The notes: a model not told the origin generated them from the sequence alone. Shown: positions 13,420 through 26,272, counted from the first letter of the stretch. The stretch is 64,000 nucleotides of DNA from Eledone cirrhosa (GCA_964016885.1 CAXHJY010001043.1:35502-99501), one strand, 5' to 3'. Numbers and translations: made by a program.

Positions 13420-16400
13420 CTAGTCCATCCCCCTCCCTCCCGCCCCCACTCTCCACATTATTTGGACCAATCACAAGTCAACGGCCTATGCTATCACTTC
13501 TGGCTGCTTTTCGATATGATGGATGGACTAAGGAATTTCTGGATAGTCTGAAGAATCTGGACACTCGACAATGCCAAAGATAACGACAAATTCACCTCAT
13601 GTTGCCGGACGAAAGGGCAAGGCCCCCTCTTCTTTGTTTCGGCCGCGGATGGCCAACATAAACCCCCCCCCCCCCCCCCTGCGCCCCATCCTCCAAACAC
13701 AATCCAAAACTTCAGAGTTGGTACCATGAATGTAGGCACCTTAAAAGGCCGCTCTAACGAGGTTGTAGAAATGCTTGAACGTAAGGAGGTTGATGTTTGC
13801 TGTATCCAACAGACCAGGTGGAGGGGCGGGTCTGCTAGATTCATTGTGGGTAAAAAACGTTGCTATAAGCTTTTCTGGGTGGGAAATGACAATGGGATAG
13901 GTGGGGTAGGAATCATGTTAGCAGAAAAATGGGTGGATAAGATAATAGATGTAAATAGAGTGAATGACAGAATAATTAAATTAAGACTTGTTCTAAACAG
14001 AACTACTGTGACAGTAATATCTGCATACGCGCCCCAATCCGGACTGCCTGGCGCTATAGAAGACAGATTCTATGAGACACTGATGCTCACTACCTCCCAA
14101 ATAACCGACAGTGACTATATAATTATTGCTGGCGACCTAAATGGCCATGTTGGACAACATTGTGATGGTTATGATGGAATCCACGGAGGCTATGGGTTTG
14201 GTACTAGAAACGAGGAAGGCTCCAGAATCCTGGAATTCTGTGATGCAAATAACCTAACTATCTGTAACACTAACTTCAAAAAACGAGACAATCACTTGAT
14301 CACCTACAGATCAGGGGAACATACCAGCCAGGTAGATTATATCCTTACCAGAAGACGTGACAGAGTGTCTGTTGTAAACACTAAATCTCTGTGGCTGGAG
14401 CAGGCCTGTAGGCAGGAAGAGAGTAACATGGTGGTGGAACAGTAAGGTGGAGGAGTCAATTAAGGCCAAAAAGCAGGCTTGGAAAGTATGGTGGGATGGG
14501 GGAAGTAGAGAAGACTATCAAGTGGCCAGGAGGGAAGCTAGGAGACAAGTGTACTTCGCAAGAAGGGAAGCAGAGGAAAGAAAGTTCAAGCATGTTCTAC
14601 AACGCGAGGACCAAAAACGTGAGGTGTTCAGGATTGCTAGGCAATGTGTCAAGGAAAACCGTGATATTGTCGGGGAGAAGTGTGTACTTAATGATGATGG
14701 CGTACTTGCCATCACTGACGCTGATAAGAAAGTAGCTTGGAAGTGTCACTACGAAAGGCTACTAAATGAGGAGAGAGAATAAATGGGAGAAAGACAGTCT
14801 CCCCCACATTGACCCAATAGAGGGACCAGCAGTGTTAGTCGAAGGTAGTATAATAAGTAATGTAATCAAAGATATGAAGACGGGTAAGGCGGCTGGGCCT
14901 TCAGAAATAGTTGCTGAGATGCTGAAAGCCTCTGGAACGGTGGGACACACCATGGTCACCCGGATAATTAACCAAGTCATACAGAATGGGGTTGTTCCGA
15001 AGGACTGGCATAGCAGCATCATCGTTAACTGTTACAAGGGTAAAGGAGATGCCCTAGATAGGAGTAACTATAGAGGCATTAAATTAATCGACCAGGTCAT
15101 GAAGGTCACGGAAAAAGTAATAGCGCAACTAATCAGAGAGAGAATTGATCTAGATGAAATGCAGTTCGGGTTTGTGTCAGGTAAAAGTACCACAGACGCT
15201 TTTTTCATTGTACGACAACTACAGGAGAAGTACCTAGCTAAAAGTAAACCCCGATACTTAGCTTTTGTCAACTTGGAGAAAGCCTTCGACAGAGTCCCCC
15301 GTTCCATTATCTGGTGGGCTCTTAGAAAACTAGGTGTTGATGAATGGCTTGTGAGAGCTATACAAGCCATGTATAAAGAAACAGTCAGCAAGGTTAGAAT
15401 TAACAACGAATATAGTGAAGAGTTTAGCGTAAAAGTTGGAGTTCATCTGGGCTCTGTTCTTAGCCCCCTACTATTTATTATTGCCTTTCAGGCTATAATA
15501 GTGGAGTTCAAGACTGTCTGCCCATGGGAACTCCTATACGCAGATGATCTAACGCTCATAGCTGAATCAATGGCTGAGCTAGAGAAGAAATCCCAAACAT
15601 GGAAGCACGGCCTAGAATCAAAAGGCCTTAAAATTAACCTGGCTAAGACTAAAGTTCTAGTTTGTAGGAAAGAAAATAAGGCGGCGGTCCCTTCTGGGAA
15701 ATGGCCATGCTCAGTGTGTAGGAAAGGCGTAGGTAGAAACTCCATTTTATGTCCTAAATGCAAAGTATGGGTGCATAAAAGATGTAGTGGGATCACAGGT
15801 AAGCTAACTAAGAACATAGATTTTACATGTGGCCGGTGCTCTGGTGCAATTAGTAGCAGCAAGTGCCCACAAAATACTAGCTCTTTCAATTGCGCAGAGG
15901 GTTCTATAGAAATAGTGGACAGCTTCCGTTACCTGGGTGACAAAATCAGCAGTGGGGGAGGGTGCTCTGAAAGTACAGTAGCTAGAGTCAGAACTGGATG
16001 GAAAAAGTTCAGAGAGCTTATACCACTATTAGCCGCTAAAGGGTTCTCCCTAAAAATGAAAGGCAGGCTGTATGATGCCTGCATACGAACAGCAATGTTG
16101 CATGGCAGTGAGACCTGGGCATTGTGTGCAGAGGATATATGCAGACTGGAGAGGAACGAAGCTTGCATGCTCCACTGGATGTGTAATAGTAATATACGTG
16201 AACGGCAAAGCATAAACGAAGTAAGGGAAAAATTAGAAATAAGAGGGATCAGATGTTGTTTACTCGAGAGAAGACTACGTTGGTATGGTCACGTGATGCG
16301 CATGAAAGACGACAGCTGTATAAAAAAGTGCAGGGCAATAAAGATAGACGGTAGCCACGGAGTAGGCAGACCCAGAAAAGACTGGGACGACCTGATAAAT

Positions 16401-16500
16401 TCCGACCTCACACACTTACACCTCTCCAAGACAATGTCACTGGACCGAGATCTTTGGCGGTACTCAGTAATAGAGAAGACCCGCTGATGATGATGATGAT
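12888..16500 (+). mobile_element. RTE-clade LINE copy 1, near full length but defective (APE endonuclease, RT, PHD finger)
   Basis: APE motifs from 13726 (MNVGTL, AYAPQ, GDLNGH, QVDYIL). Internal deletion at ~14385 and a GA-slippage frameshift at ~14772. RT motifs AFVNLEKAFD and LLYADD. Ends in (TGA)n with no 3' UTR. The 5' boundary is inferred. Confidence 0.93.
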
Positions 16501-16508
16501 ATATATAT

Positions 16509-16653
16509 AGAAGATCCCGTTAAGGGTGAAAGCAGCGATTCTTTGCTTAAACTTTAATCTGTTATTTTAATAAATATTTGCTCTACGGTTCTTATATATT
16601 TGATATATATTTATCCTTATCGAGCCCTCTTTGGATTTTAGTCTTCAAATTTA
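16509..16653. mobile_element. Small Penelope-pLTR-like fragment related to the 22060-22347 palindrome
   Basis: Shares AGAAGATCCCGTTAAGGGTGAAAGCAGCG...AATAAAT and GGTTCTTATATATTTG...CTTCAAATT with 22060-22347. Flanked by TA runs. Confidence 0.6.
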
Positions 16654-16660
16654 TTATTAT

Positions 16661-16712
<52 letters not shown>

Positions 16713-16715
<3 letters not shown>

Positions 16716-18946
16716 GACTCCCACTCTTACCTCGACTTCACCTCTTCCCACCCCACCCACACTAAACTCTCCATTCCCTACTCCCAACTTCTCAGGATCC
16801 GCCGCCTCTGTAGCCGAGATGCTGACTTCGAGTCCCAGGCCCTTTCCCTAGTCAGCTATTTCATCCGCAGAGGTTACCTCCCCTCTCTCGTCCACACCGC
16901 TCTCACCCGCGCCCGTGCTATCCCCCGCTCCACCACCCTCACCCCACGCCACCGCACACCCACCCACCGTCTCCCCTTCCCCCGCACCATCCGCCGCCTC
17001 TTCCGACACCTCCAGTCCGACCCCTCCACCTCCCACATCTTCCCAACCCCACCACTCCCCTCCTTCAAACGCGCACGCAATCTCCGCACCCTCCTCGTCC
17101 ACAGCTCCCTACCCCCCCCCCCGGTTCCTTCCCCTGTTCTAGGCCCGGCTGGAACACCTGTCCCCACATCACCAACACCACCACCTTCCAGGGTCCCAAC
17201 GGCCACCCTCTCTCGGTCCGGCATGCCTTCCGCTGCACCTCCTCCAACCTAGTCTACGGACTTCGTTGCACGAGGTGCAGCGCGACTTATGTCGGACAGA
17301 CGGGACGCCGCCTGGCGGACCGAGTCACGGAGCACCTCCGGGACATTCGTCTCGGGGGCAGTTCCCCCATCGCCCGCCACTTTGGTGGCCCTGGACACTC
17401 CGCACGCCATCTCACAGTCTGTGGCCTACTCCAGTGCCACGGAACACCCGCCCATCGCCTTACGGTCGAACAACGTACTATCTTCATCCTTCAGACCCAC
17501 ACTCCCCCCGGCCTGAACTCCCCACCCTTATTCCTTTAGCGTTCGACCGCCCCCTCCCCCACACTTATCCCCCACTAACACACCCCTCCTTTTCACCGCC
17601 CACCCCACACTAACAATACTAACACCTCCACTCCACCCCTCATCTGACCACCCTTCCCCAACTAACATACTAACATCCCTTCCCTCCCCTCTTCTCCTCC
17701 TCCCCCCTCCTTATCACACGCACCCACTTACACCACCCACCCCACACGCAACTAACATCACTAACAACCTCCAACCCCACGCACACGTACCCACACACCC
17801 TCGTACACCACCAACTCTACACACCCTACCCCCACTCACACCTGCATTCCACCCCTCCCCACCTCCCGTATACTAACACCCACTAACACCTCTCCACCAA
17901 ACTACACACACACCAGTACACCACACTCCCTCCATAGAACCACACACACTCTTCTCTCCCCACTCCACACTCACTCATCCCACTAACACCCCTACTAATA
18001 CACACACACACACCCTCCTCACTCCAACTCTCACACCTACCCATCCTCGCCTCCCTACCATTCCGCCGACTGCTGCTATGCCCTTCCGACCACTGTCTCA
18101 GCACCAACTGACCACAGCACTTCCACTGCTGACCACTTCCTGTTGCGTGCGCACCCCACATCTCTCCTCTTCCGACCACCGCTTCTTGGATTACCCACAC
18201 GCGTTTTGACTTCTAACCAAAATCTCCATACATCCGTGTAACTTACCACTTTCAACCATCCTCTTACACCATCACCTATATAACTCACCCACACACACAC
18301 CCCAAAACAATTTTTTTTATCCACACGCCACCCACACCCACAACACGCTTAAACCACACACACGTGCTTCCACCACATATTTACACCCTCAGCCCCCTGA
18401 TTCCTCTCCCCCCACCCCCCTATCCACACACGCACAGACCCTCCAACCCACATAAACCCCCCCCACACACACCTTCCTGAACATGCAACCCCGTTCTTCC
18501 CCCAACCCTCACTTTCACATACACACACACACACGCACACCACCTTCAGCCCTCCCCGCTCGGACACCCCGTCTCCCTCTCCCCACTCCACCCGCCACCA
18601 CCTCTACTCACCACACACCCTTCCACCACCTGTTTACCCCCCTTTTAATTTCAGTTTATTTTGATCATGCCTTTATTTTTAAATTTTCTCATTCCTTGTA
18701 TTTTGATCATGCTTTATTTTTATTTATTATTTATTATATTTTTGTCTTTATTTGTTAATTTTTCATTCGCACTGTTTCCTTTCGCTATATGTCTCTCCAC
18801 CACTCCCCTACACACCTTTTGAACTCTCACCTGAAGAAGGGCTTATGCCCGAAACGTCGTCCCCCACCTACCCCCCACTCTCCTGAGCGTGAATTTAATA
18901 AACATTTATCGTACTGCCTCTCTGTTCTGTCCCTGTTCAATTTTTC

Positions 18947-18950
<4 letters not shown>
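16713..18950 (+). mobile_element. 5'-truncated Penelope-like element (RT C-terminus, GIY-YIG endonuclease, C-rich 3' region/pLTR), frameshifted
   Basis: TDSHSYLDFTSSHP..SIPYSQLLRIRRLCS, FKRARNLR, then NLVYGLRCTRCSATYVGQTGRRLADRVTEH...PPGLN, with a stop at 17537-17539. 3' end has CTGAAGAAGGGCTTATGCCCGAAACGTC and AATAAA. (TA)n on both sides. Confidence 0.92.
18826..18862 (+). ncRNA. Degenerate minimal hammerhead motif in the Penelope pLTR
   Basis: CUGAAGA-a-GGGC(uuau)GCCC-GAAAC-GUC. Stem I has only 2 bp. A second copy lies on the minus strand at ~62973-63008. Confidence 0.55.
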
Positions 18951-19004
<54 letters not shown>

Positions 19005-19008
<4 letters not shown>

Positions 19009-19436
19009 TTAGTGGTTTGAGCATTGGGCTTGCAATCGAAAAGGTTGTGAGTTCAATTCTCAGACCGGGTGATGTGTTGTTTCCTTGCGCAAGACACTTT
19101 ATTTCACATTGCTCCAGTTTACCCGGCTGTAGAAATGAGATGAGAGGACTGGGGTCCCTATCATTCCACTGCAAAGTGGTCGTGGAGGTGCCGCGGCAAA
19201 AAAGCACCCAGCCCACACTGTAAAGTGGACATGTAGGCGCCACGGAAGAACAAGCACCAGCACTCACTGTAAATGAGGTTGGTGTTAGGAAGGGCATCCA
19301 GCTGTAGAAATCAAGCCAGAATCAGTTACCACATGAGCAAGACAAGGTCAGCTGACTGGACACTGCTCACAACAGGACAACCCGTCTAACCCATGCTAGC
19401 GTGGAAGAACGGACGTATGATGATGATGATGATGAT
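19005..19436 (+). mobile_element. tRNA-derived SINE with RTE-like 3' tail
   Basis: A box TGGCTTAGTGG and B-box-like GAGTTCAATTC. Tail GTTGGTGTTAGGAAGGGCATCCAGCTGTAGAAA...CCCATGCTAGCGTGGAA...(GAT)n is shared with the RTE 3' UTR. Confidence 0.88.
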
Positions 19437-19534
19437 AATATATATATATTTGTTTGAACAAATTAATCTGTTAAAATAATAAATATTTGCTCTGCAGCTT
19501 TGTAAATTATTGCATATAAATACACACACATGTA

Positions 19535-20228
19535 TGTGTTATAGCTCTGGTTCATCTGAATCATTGAGCACTTGCCGCACATCTCGGAGGTTGTTTTTCG
19601 TTATTTCGTGGGCCGAAATGCAAATCTCGATAATTTATGTTTGTATTATTCTCCAGACTCTAGCTATTGACCAGTTAATTTTCTTGATTTTTTAGTTGAT
19701 TCTATTGACTGATGAATAGCTTATGTTAATTCTAACTCTTCTGTTGAGAACTCTATTCGATTTGTGATGTTTTTGCATTCTTGCAAAAATATACACAACT
19801 GAATTCATTCGCCTGATATAGGGGTTGCCTCCCTTGCCGATCCCCACGTGGGGTCAGCAATAGTCAGTCCTTGTATTAACATTGAACTAAAACCTGTTGA
19901 GAAAGTGGCTTCCTTGTTCAATCATCTTACCAGAAGCCTGACATTATTTATGTAAGCGGACGGTACTTGATTTAGGAGCCGCAGAAACCCATATACTGGA
20001 TTTTACCAACCTTCCAGGGGTTCGGGTAAATTTTCAATACCCGAATTACTTGATCGTTTTTTTTGGCTATGCGAGTGATTGTTTAACCATCGTCTCAGTG
20101 TGTTTGGCCTTTAATGTTTGTTATAGCTCTGGTTCATCTGAATCATTGAGCACTTGCCGCACATCTCGGAGGTTGTTTTTCGTTATTTCGTGGGTCAAAA
20201 TGCGAATCTCGATAATTTATGTTTGTTT
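19535..20228 (-). mobile_element. Decayed element with ~110-bp direct repeats (19535-19645, 20117-20228), possibly Penelope-derived
   Basis: The direct repeat is seen directly. The minus-strand remnant HHKSNRVLNRRVRINISYSS only weakly resembles Penelope linker sequence. Confidence 0.4.
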
Positions 20229-20719
20229 ATATATATATATATATAGACAACCTCTTGTCTCCACTACTCTAATGCTACTACCCAAACTTCTACAAACTCA
20301 AACTCAGCTGATATTTAGTCTCATTTGATTAAATAAACAAAGCCAATATATGTAAAGAAGAAATACAATCAATTGGTTCGATCGCAGAATAATATTAAGT
20401 AACAACAGATATGATATTATTACTATTATTATTAATCACATGGTGATGATGACAACAGTCATTTCCATCAGAATTTGAACACATATGAGACAAAGACAAC
20501 AGCGCACTGCAAGATTGTTAAATTTAGCAGTCTTCTTTCTTTCTCTCATTTAGCTTTAACTACACAGCAGTGAGGAAGAAATTAATTAGCCTAATTATAC
20601 AAAATTGTCTCTTGGGGAGAGTGAAAAAAGATATTTAGTGATCAAACTGTATATATTTGATTGATTTGGTAACTGTGTGAATCCTACATGATGATGGTTA
20701 TGGCAGTGATAGTGATGAC

Positions 20720-21072
20720 ATCATCATCATCATCAACAACATCACTATTTAATGTCCATTTTTCCACCTTAGCATAGTCTAGATGAGTTGTCCAGTTGTG
20801 AGACAAGCCAGACCATGTCTTGCTCATACTGGACTGATTTGGGCTTGTTTTCTACAGATGGATACCCTTCCTAACACCAACCACATTTTCAGAACGGACT
20901 GGGTGCTTTTTATCATGACACCTACGCGACCATTTTACAGTGTGAGCTGGGTGCTTTTTGACATGACACCTACATGAATACTTTACAGTGTGGACTCAGT
21001 GCTTTTAGCCATGACACCTACATGACCACTTTACAGTGTGGACTCGGTGCTTTTTGTCATGACACCTACATG
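20720..21072 (-). mobile_element. Old RTE-tail SINE fragment with short internal tandem duplications
   Basis: (CAT)n followed by the reverse SINE tail. Repeated ATGACACCTACATGA..TTACAGTGTGGACT units. Confidence 0.75.
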
Positions 21073-21269
21073 ATTTCATTTATTTTACTACAAACAATAT
21101 TTAGGTACAAAGCCAGCAATTTTATGTGAGAGAAAAACCAATGAAATCAACCTCAGTAATTGACAGGGACATTATTTTATCGATTTCAAAAGGACAATAG
21201 ACAAAACTATGTTTGTGGTGTATGTGTGTGTGTGTATATATACATATATATATACATATATATATGCCC

Positions 21270-21556
21270 CCACACCCCCCACCCCCCACCGCAAGGTGGT
21301 CGTGGAGGTGCCACGGCAAAAAAAGCACCCAGCCCACACTGTAATGTGGACGTGTAGGCGCCACGAAAAAGCACCCAGCACTCACTGTAAATGAGATTGG
21401 TGTTAGGAAAGGCATCCAGCTGTAGAAATCAAGCCAGATCAGTTCCTGTATGAGCAAGGCATGGTCAGCCGACCAGACACTGCACACAACAGGACAACCC
21501 GTCTAACCCATGCTAGCGTGGAAGAACGGACGGAAAACGATGATGATGATGATGAT
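21270..21556 (+). mobile_element. RTE-tail SINE, 3' fragment
   Basis: Matches 19170-19436 and ends in (GAT)n. Confidence 0.85.
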
Positions 21557-21695
21557 ATATATATCATTTACCTATTATTTCTTCATAAGTATATTTTAAA
21601 CTTATAGCCTCGTTTAAATGATTTTTTGTGTGGTTGATTTATGCTGATTGGGAGAAGAAATACTGTATATATTTTATCTAATGATTCTATGGACT

Positions 21696-21744
<49 letters not shown>

Positions 21745-21854
21745 TACATACAGAAATTGAGAGCTTTTGACAGACTGTAGCATTCACGTGACAGATAGAC
21801 AAAAAGGCTGTACAGTTATAAAAATGTAGATTGTAAAAAGAAATGTTTAAATAC

Positions 21855-21903
21855 CTCTGTTAAAGCATGGAGCTGACCTTCATGAACACACACACCCATA
21901 AAT
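21855..21903 (-). CDS. TESK: TESK kinase, 49-bp internal exon
   Basis: ttcttatag|A TTT ATG GGT...ACA GAG|gtattt encodes (K)FMGVCVHEGQLHALTE. Phases match both neighbouring exons. Not in the ORF track. Confidence 0.95.
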
Positions 21904-22059
21904 CTATAAGAAGAAACAAATGGAAATTTAAATCATTAAATGAGAAAGATCTCTCATAGATTTTCCTAGTTTTCAAAAAAATCTACTACTCCTCACATCT
22001 GTCACTTTCATCCTTCCTATCCACATGACCCAACCATCTCCCCCATAGTAATAATAATA

Positions 22060-22347
22060 AATTTGAAAACTAAAATCCAAAGAGGGCTCGATAAGGATAA
22101 ATATATATCAAATATATAAGAACCCTCAGAAGATCCCGTTAAGGGTGAAAGCAGCGATTCTTTGCTTAAACTTTAATCTGTTATTTTAATAAATTAATAT
22201 ATATATATATATATTTATTAAAATAACAGATTAAAGTTTAAGCAAAGAATCGCTGCTTTCACCCTTAATGGGATCTTCTGAGGGTTCTTATATATTTGAT
22301 ATATATTTATCCTTATCGAGCCCTCTTTGGATTTTAGTCTTCAAATT
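22060..22347. repeat. Near-perfect palindrome, ~135-bp arms, TA spacer
   Basis: 22060-22193 is the reverse complement of 22213-22347 with about 2 mismatches. Confidence 0.95.
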
Positions 22348-22360
22348 AATATATATATAT

Positions 22361-22588
22361 ATAATAACTAGAAATTGATTAACATATAAATAAACATGAA
22401 TAATCACAGGAGATAATTTTTACAAGTGTGTAACAATATGATCAATCATATTATAAGGTATCTATTTTTGAAGTTCTGGTCAACTTTATTTAGTTACCTA
22501 CCTAGCTATGTGTGGTTACACACTTGTAAAAATTATCTCCTGTGATTATTCATGTTTATTTATATGTTAATCAATTTCTAGTTATTAT
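22361..22588. repeat. 74-bp inverted repeat with 80-bp spacer
   Basis: ATAATAACTAGAAATTG...GTGTGTAAC at 22361-22434 and its reverse complement at 22515-22588. Confidence 0.95.
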
Positions 22589-22766
22589 AAAATGCTCGGA
22601 CCTACTCGTTAGAATCTTAGAGCTTATTTTCCGGGTGATATGGCGCATGTCTTTCTGGCATGACGCCCATAATTTTGATTTAGATTAAATTCATTTAATT
22701 TATCTTAATTTTGGATATAGATATATATATATTAATTTCATTTCACAACGTTTATAGCTGATTCTA

Positions 22767-22960
22767 TTATCCTCTGCAATTCATTCTTTGTCTTTTTCTC
22801 AGCAATACTCCACTCATCCACCTGACCATTCTCATTTCCATTCTTTCCAGCCTTCTCTGCTGCTCCACATTCATCAACCATGTTTCACTCCCATAAATCA
22901 TGTTACTTCTTAACACACCATTCAGTTCCTGAAATTTCTTCCATGCACATCTTGCTCTAT
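22767..22960 (-). pseudogene. Old RTE RT C-terminal relic of a different subfamily
   Basis: AWKKFQEL..MIYGSETW..RRLERMEMRMVRWMSG parallels [31 protein letters not shown] in the young copies. Confidence 0.8.
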
Positions 22961-23822
22961 ATAGAAATAAAGTGGTTTCTGAAAAGTGAAAACCATACAA
23001 TTAGGATACAAAATTAACCATTTTGTTACAATATTTATAATGAAAAACATTTTGAAAATAATCAAGAATTATCTGATGTAAACAAAACAAAAGTTCTAAC
23101 ATAAAATTACGATGAAAAGGTTTTAGATAAATATCATTTCAAAAAATTGTTTTGTATCATAGAACCAGGGGCTGTTTCAAGCAGTTTGATATCAAAAGGG
23201 TTAAAACTCCATAATGCACAACAGCTGTAAGGTTTAGCTTCTTGAAGTACTGACCATCAGGTCATAAGATCAAACCTTACTATAGCCCTTTTGTTTTGGC
23301 CCTGAACAAATACATAACTCTACTTACTCCAGTTTGCCTGCCTGATAAAAACACAGGTTATATCATTTTTACATCCTGGTTAAATAGTTATAGATTTGGG
23401 GGAGAGAGGCAGTCAGTTTTCAAAGTAATTTCTACTAAGAAAACATTGTCCTACTTATAAAAGCATGGAAAAACATGTCAACAACAACAAGCATTTTATG
23501 GTGAATTTCCCTTGTGAGCCCAATGAGAGGATTAATCATTACAAAATCTTTGTTGAGGCAATGTTTTACAGCTGGATGCCCTTCTTGACAGCAACTGTTT
23601 TAGTTACCTCTTGTGAGACACACAAAGATGATGCACCTATTCTAAATTCAATACACATAGCAATATAGAAAAACAAATGTTAAATAGTAATAAAAGAAAT
23701 TTAAAATTCAGATATATATATTTTTTTATTTTGCTGCTAGACCATTGCATTATATCAAGGGCAGTGGGTTGGCAATGGGGTCAATAAAATAAACTACCAG
23801 TAAAGCACTAGAGTTGATTTAA

Positions 23823-24036
23823 CATTAGCATTTACATTATATATACTATTGAATTTTCATAGTAAAGGCTTTATCTCTCATAATTATCTCACATAATATC
23901 AAATCTATGAGATTTTAATATTATTTATTTTGAGAACAATACCTTAACATCAGTATGAGTGGCCAGTTATGGCCGGTTTGAACAGAAAGAGGTGAGAGAA
24001 TTCTGGCCGGATTCAGCCGGTTTAAATTCTAATGGG
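23823..24036. mobile_element. TTAA-specific (piggyBac-type) MITE family A, inserted in a SINE
   Basis: Homologous to 33817-34015 and 26869-27069. TTAA flanks. Left TIR is degraded. Confidence 0.8.
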
Positions 24037-24174
24037 TTAATCAACTTTTGCCTTCTCTTCAAATTGCTGGCCTTGTGACAAAAATAGAAATTTATATCAC
24101 ACTCATTTTCATTTCAATCTTATAGTGATGGATCCTTCATTGATTTCAACAATGAGCATTTAGTCATTTGATCA

Positions 24175-24297
24175 ACTATTGAGCTGGATGTGTACTGTGA
24201 ACAGCTGGATAAATTAAATGCAACAGTCTGCCAGAAACATTCAGAACTTGCTAATTAAAAGAGTATTGTCTTTCATCAAGACAATGTCAGACTACAC
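24175..24297 (+). pseudogene. Mariner transposase fragment
   Basis: TIELDVYCEQLDKLNATVCQKHSELAN*KSIVFHQDNVRLH matches the mariner pattern YCxQL...HDNARPH. Confidence 0.85.
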
Positions 24298-25371
24298 AAT
24301 GTACAGTAAATGGTGTTAGGAAGGACGTCCAACAGTAGAAAATTAACCAACAAAGGGTTGAGAGGACTCTTCAGTTGTGTCATGGGTTGAACAACATCCT
24401 TAGTGTTGGTGTCACAATTAAACACACCCAGTACACTCTGTAAAGTACTGGACAGTAAGTAAGCAACATGCCTTTCCTCCCACCCAACTGCCAGAGAGGT
24501 TCATGGCTTCAATTAAGTCCGAACTTGGTTTGTGATGGCCTGCCCAAACCTTGCCAGCATGGAAAAAAAGACATTAGATGATGATGGTGACAATGATGAT
24601 TGTTGGTTTTGTATAAGTGTGGTGTTTGTTGTCTTTGTATATAAGTGGTGTGTCTACATATGTATGTACATATCGACATATGTACTTACATTTAATTATT
24701 TAGACCAAGCACACTTCACTAACAACCCAGCAGCACATTTAAACAAAAAACAAAACTCATGTACAGTTTCTCCTACCAACTACTTGCACAAACACCATCC
24801 CTGCATCAATACCATCCTTCCATTACCAACCCTGCACCACAGCTAGCAACATCCTTATCAGCCCTGCACTACCACCAACATCAACCTTGCACTACTACCA
24901 ACATATGTCCTACACCGCCATCAGCTTTACACCACCACCAACCCTGCACTATCACCTACCCTACACCACCACCACCACTACCAATGCCAGCCTACACCAC
25001 TACCATTGGCACCACCATTTCAGTGACACAAATTAACTGAAGGTCATTAAAAAAAATAAAACAGTTTATAAAAACATGGTTGACAGTCAACAGTGAAAAC
25101 AAGAAAAGGGAAAAACAAACAAAACAACCTAGAATAATGTATTTACTAGAGTTTTGTTATTTACTAAAATATAAACAAAACTACTTATATAACAACAACA
25201 TCAACTGCTCTATATAATATTCTGGTATTTTGGCAATGTTTCAACCTAGATTTTGTGCCTGTTGAACAGAACAAACCAACCAGAAATAGATTAGAATATT
25301 AGAATAGGTTACAACCTTTGAACATAAATTAATAAACATCTACCTTGTTTTTACAAGTTGTATGATCAAAA

Positions 25372-26272
25372 GGCAGAGGTGGACTGGCCCATACAGGCAT
25401 TTGGGCTGTACCTAGTGGGCTGGCAGAAATGGACTGGCCCATACAGGCATTTGGGCTGTACCTAGTGGGCTGGCAGAGGTGGACTGGCCCATACAGGCAT
25501 TTGGGCTGTACCTAGTGGGCTGGCAGAGGTGGACTGGACCATACAGGCATTTAGGCTGTACCTAGTGGGCTGGCAGAGGTGGACTGGCCCATACAGGCAT
25601 TTAGGCTGTACCTAGTGGGCTGGCAGAGGTGGACTGGCCCATACAGGCATTTGGGCTGTACCTAGTGGGCTGGCAGAGGTGGACTGGCCCATACAGGCAT
25701 TTGGGCTGTACCTAGTGGGCTGGCAGAGGTGGACTGGCCCATACAGGCATTTGGGCTGTACCTAGTGGGCTGGCAGAGGTGGACTGGCCCATACAGGCAT
25801 TTGGGCTGTACCTAGTAGGCTGGTTGAGGTGGACTGGCCCATACAGGCATTTGGGCTGTACCTAGTAGGCTGGTTGAGGTGGACTGGCCCATACAGGCAT
25901 TTGGGCTGTACCTAGTGGGCTGGTTGAGGTGGACTGGCCCATACAGGCATTTGGGCTGTACCTAGTGGGCTGGCAGAGGCAGACTGGACCATACAGGCAT
26001 TTAGGCTGTACTTAGTGGGTTGGCTGAAGTGACTGGCCCATACAGGCATTTGGGCTGTACCTAGTAGGCTGGTTGAGGTGGACTGGCCCATACAGGCATT
26101 TGGGCTGTACCTAGTGGGCTGGCAGAGGCAGACTGGACCATACAGGCATTTAGGCTGTACTTAGTGGGTTGGCTGAAGTGACTGGCCCATACAGGCATTT
26201 GGGCTGTACCTAGTAGGCTGGTTGAGGTGGCTGGCCTATACAGGCATTTGGGCTGTACCTAGTGGGCTGGGT
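25372..26272. repeat. 50-bp GC-rich minisatellite, ~18 copies
   Basis: Unit GGCAGAGGTGGACTGGCCCATACAGGCATTTGGGCTGTACCTAGTGGGCT. Confidence 0.97.

Noticed and set aside
19005-19070. tRNA genes here and at 33179
   Set aside because: A/B boxes only, no complete cloverleaf, and they continue into SINE bodies.
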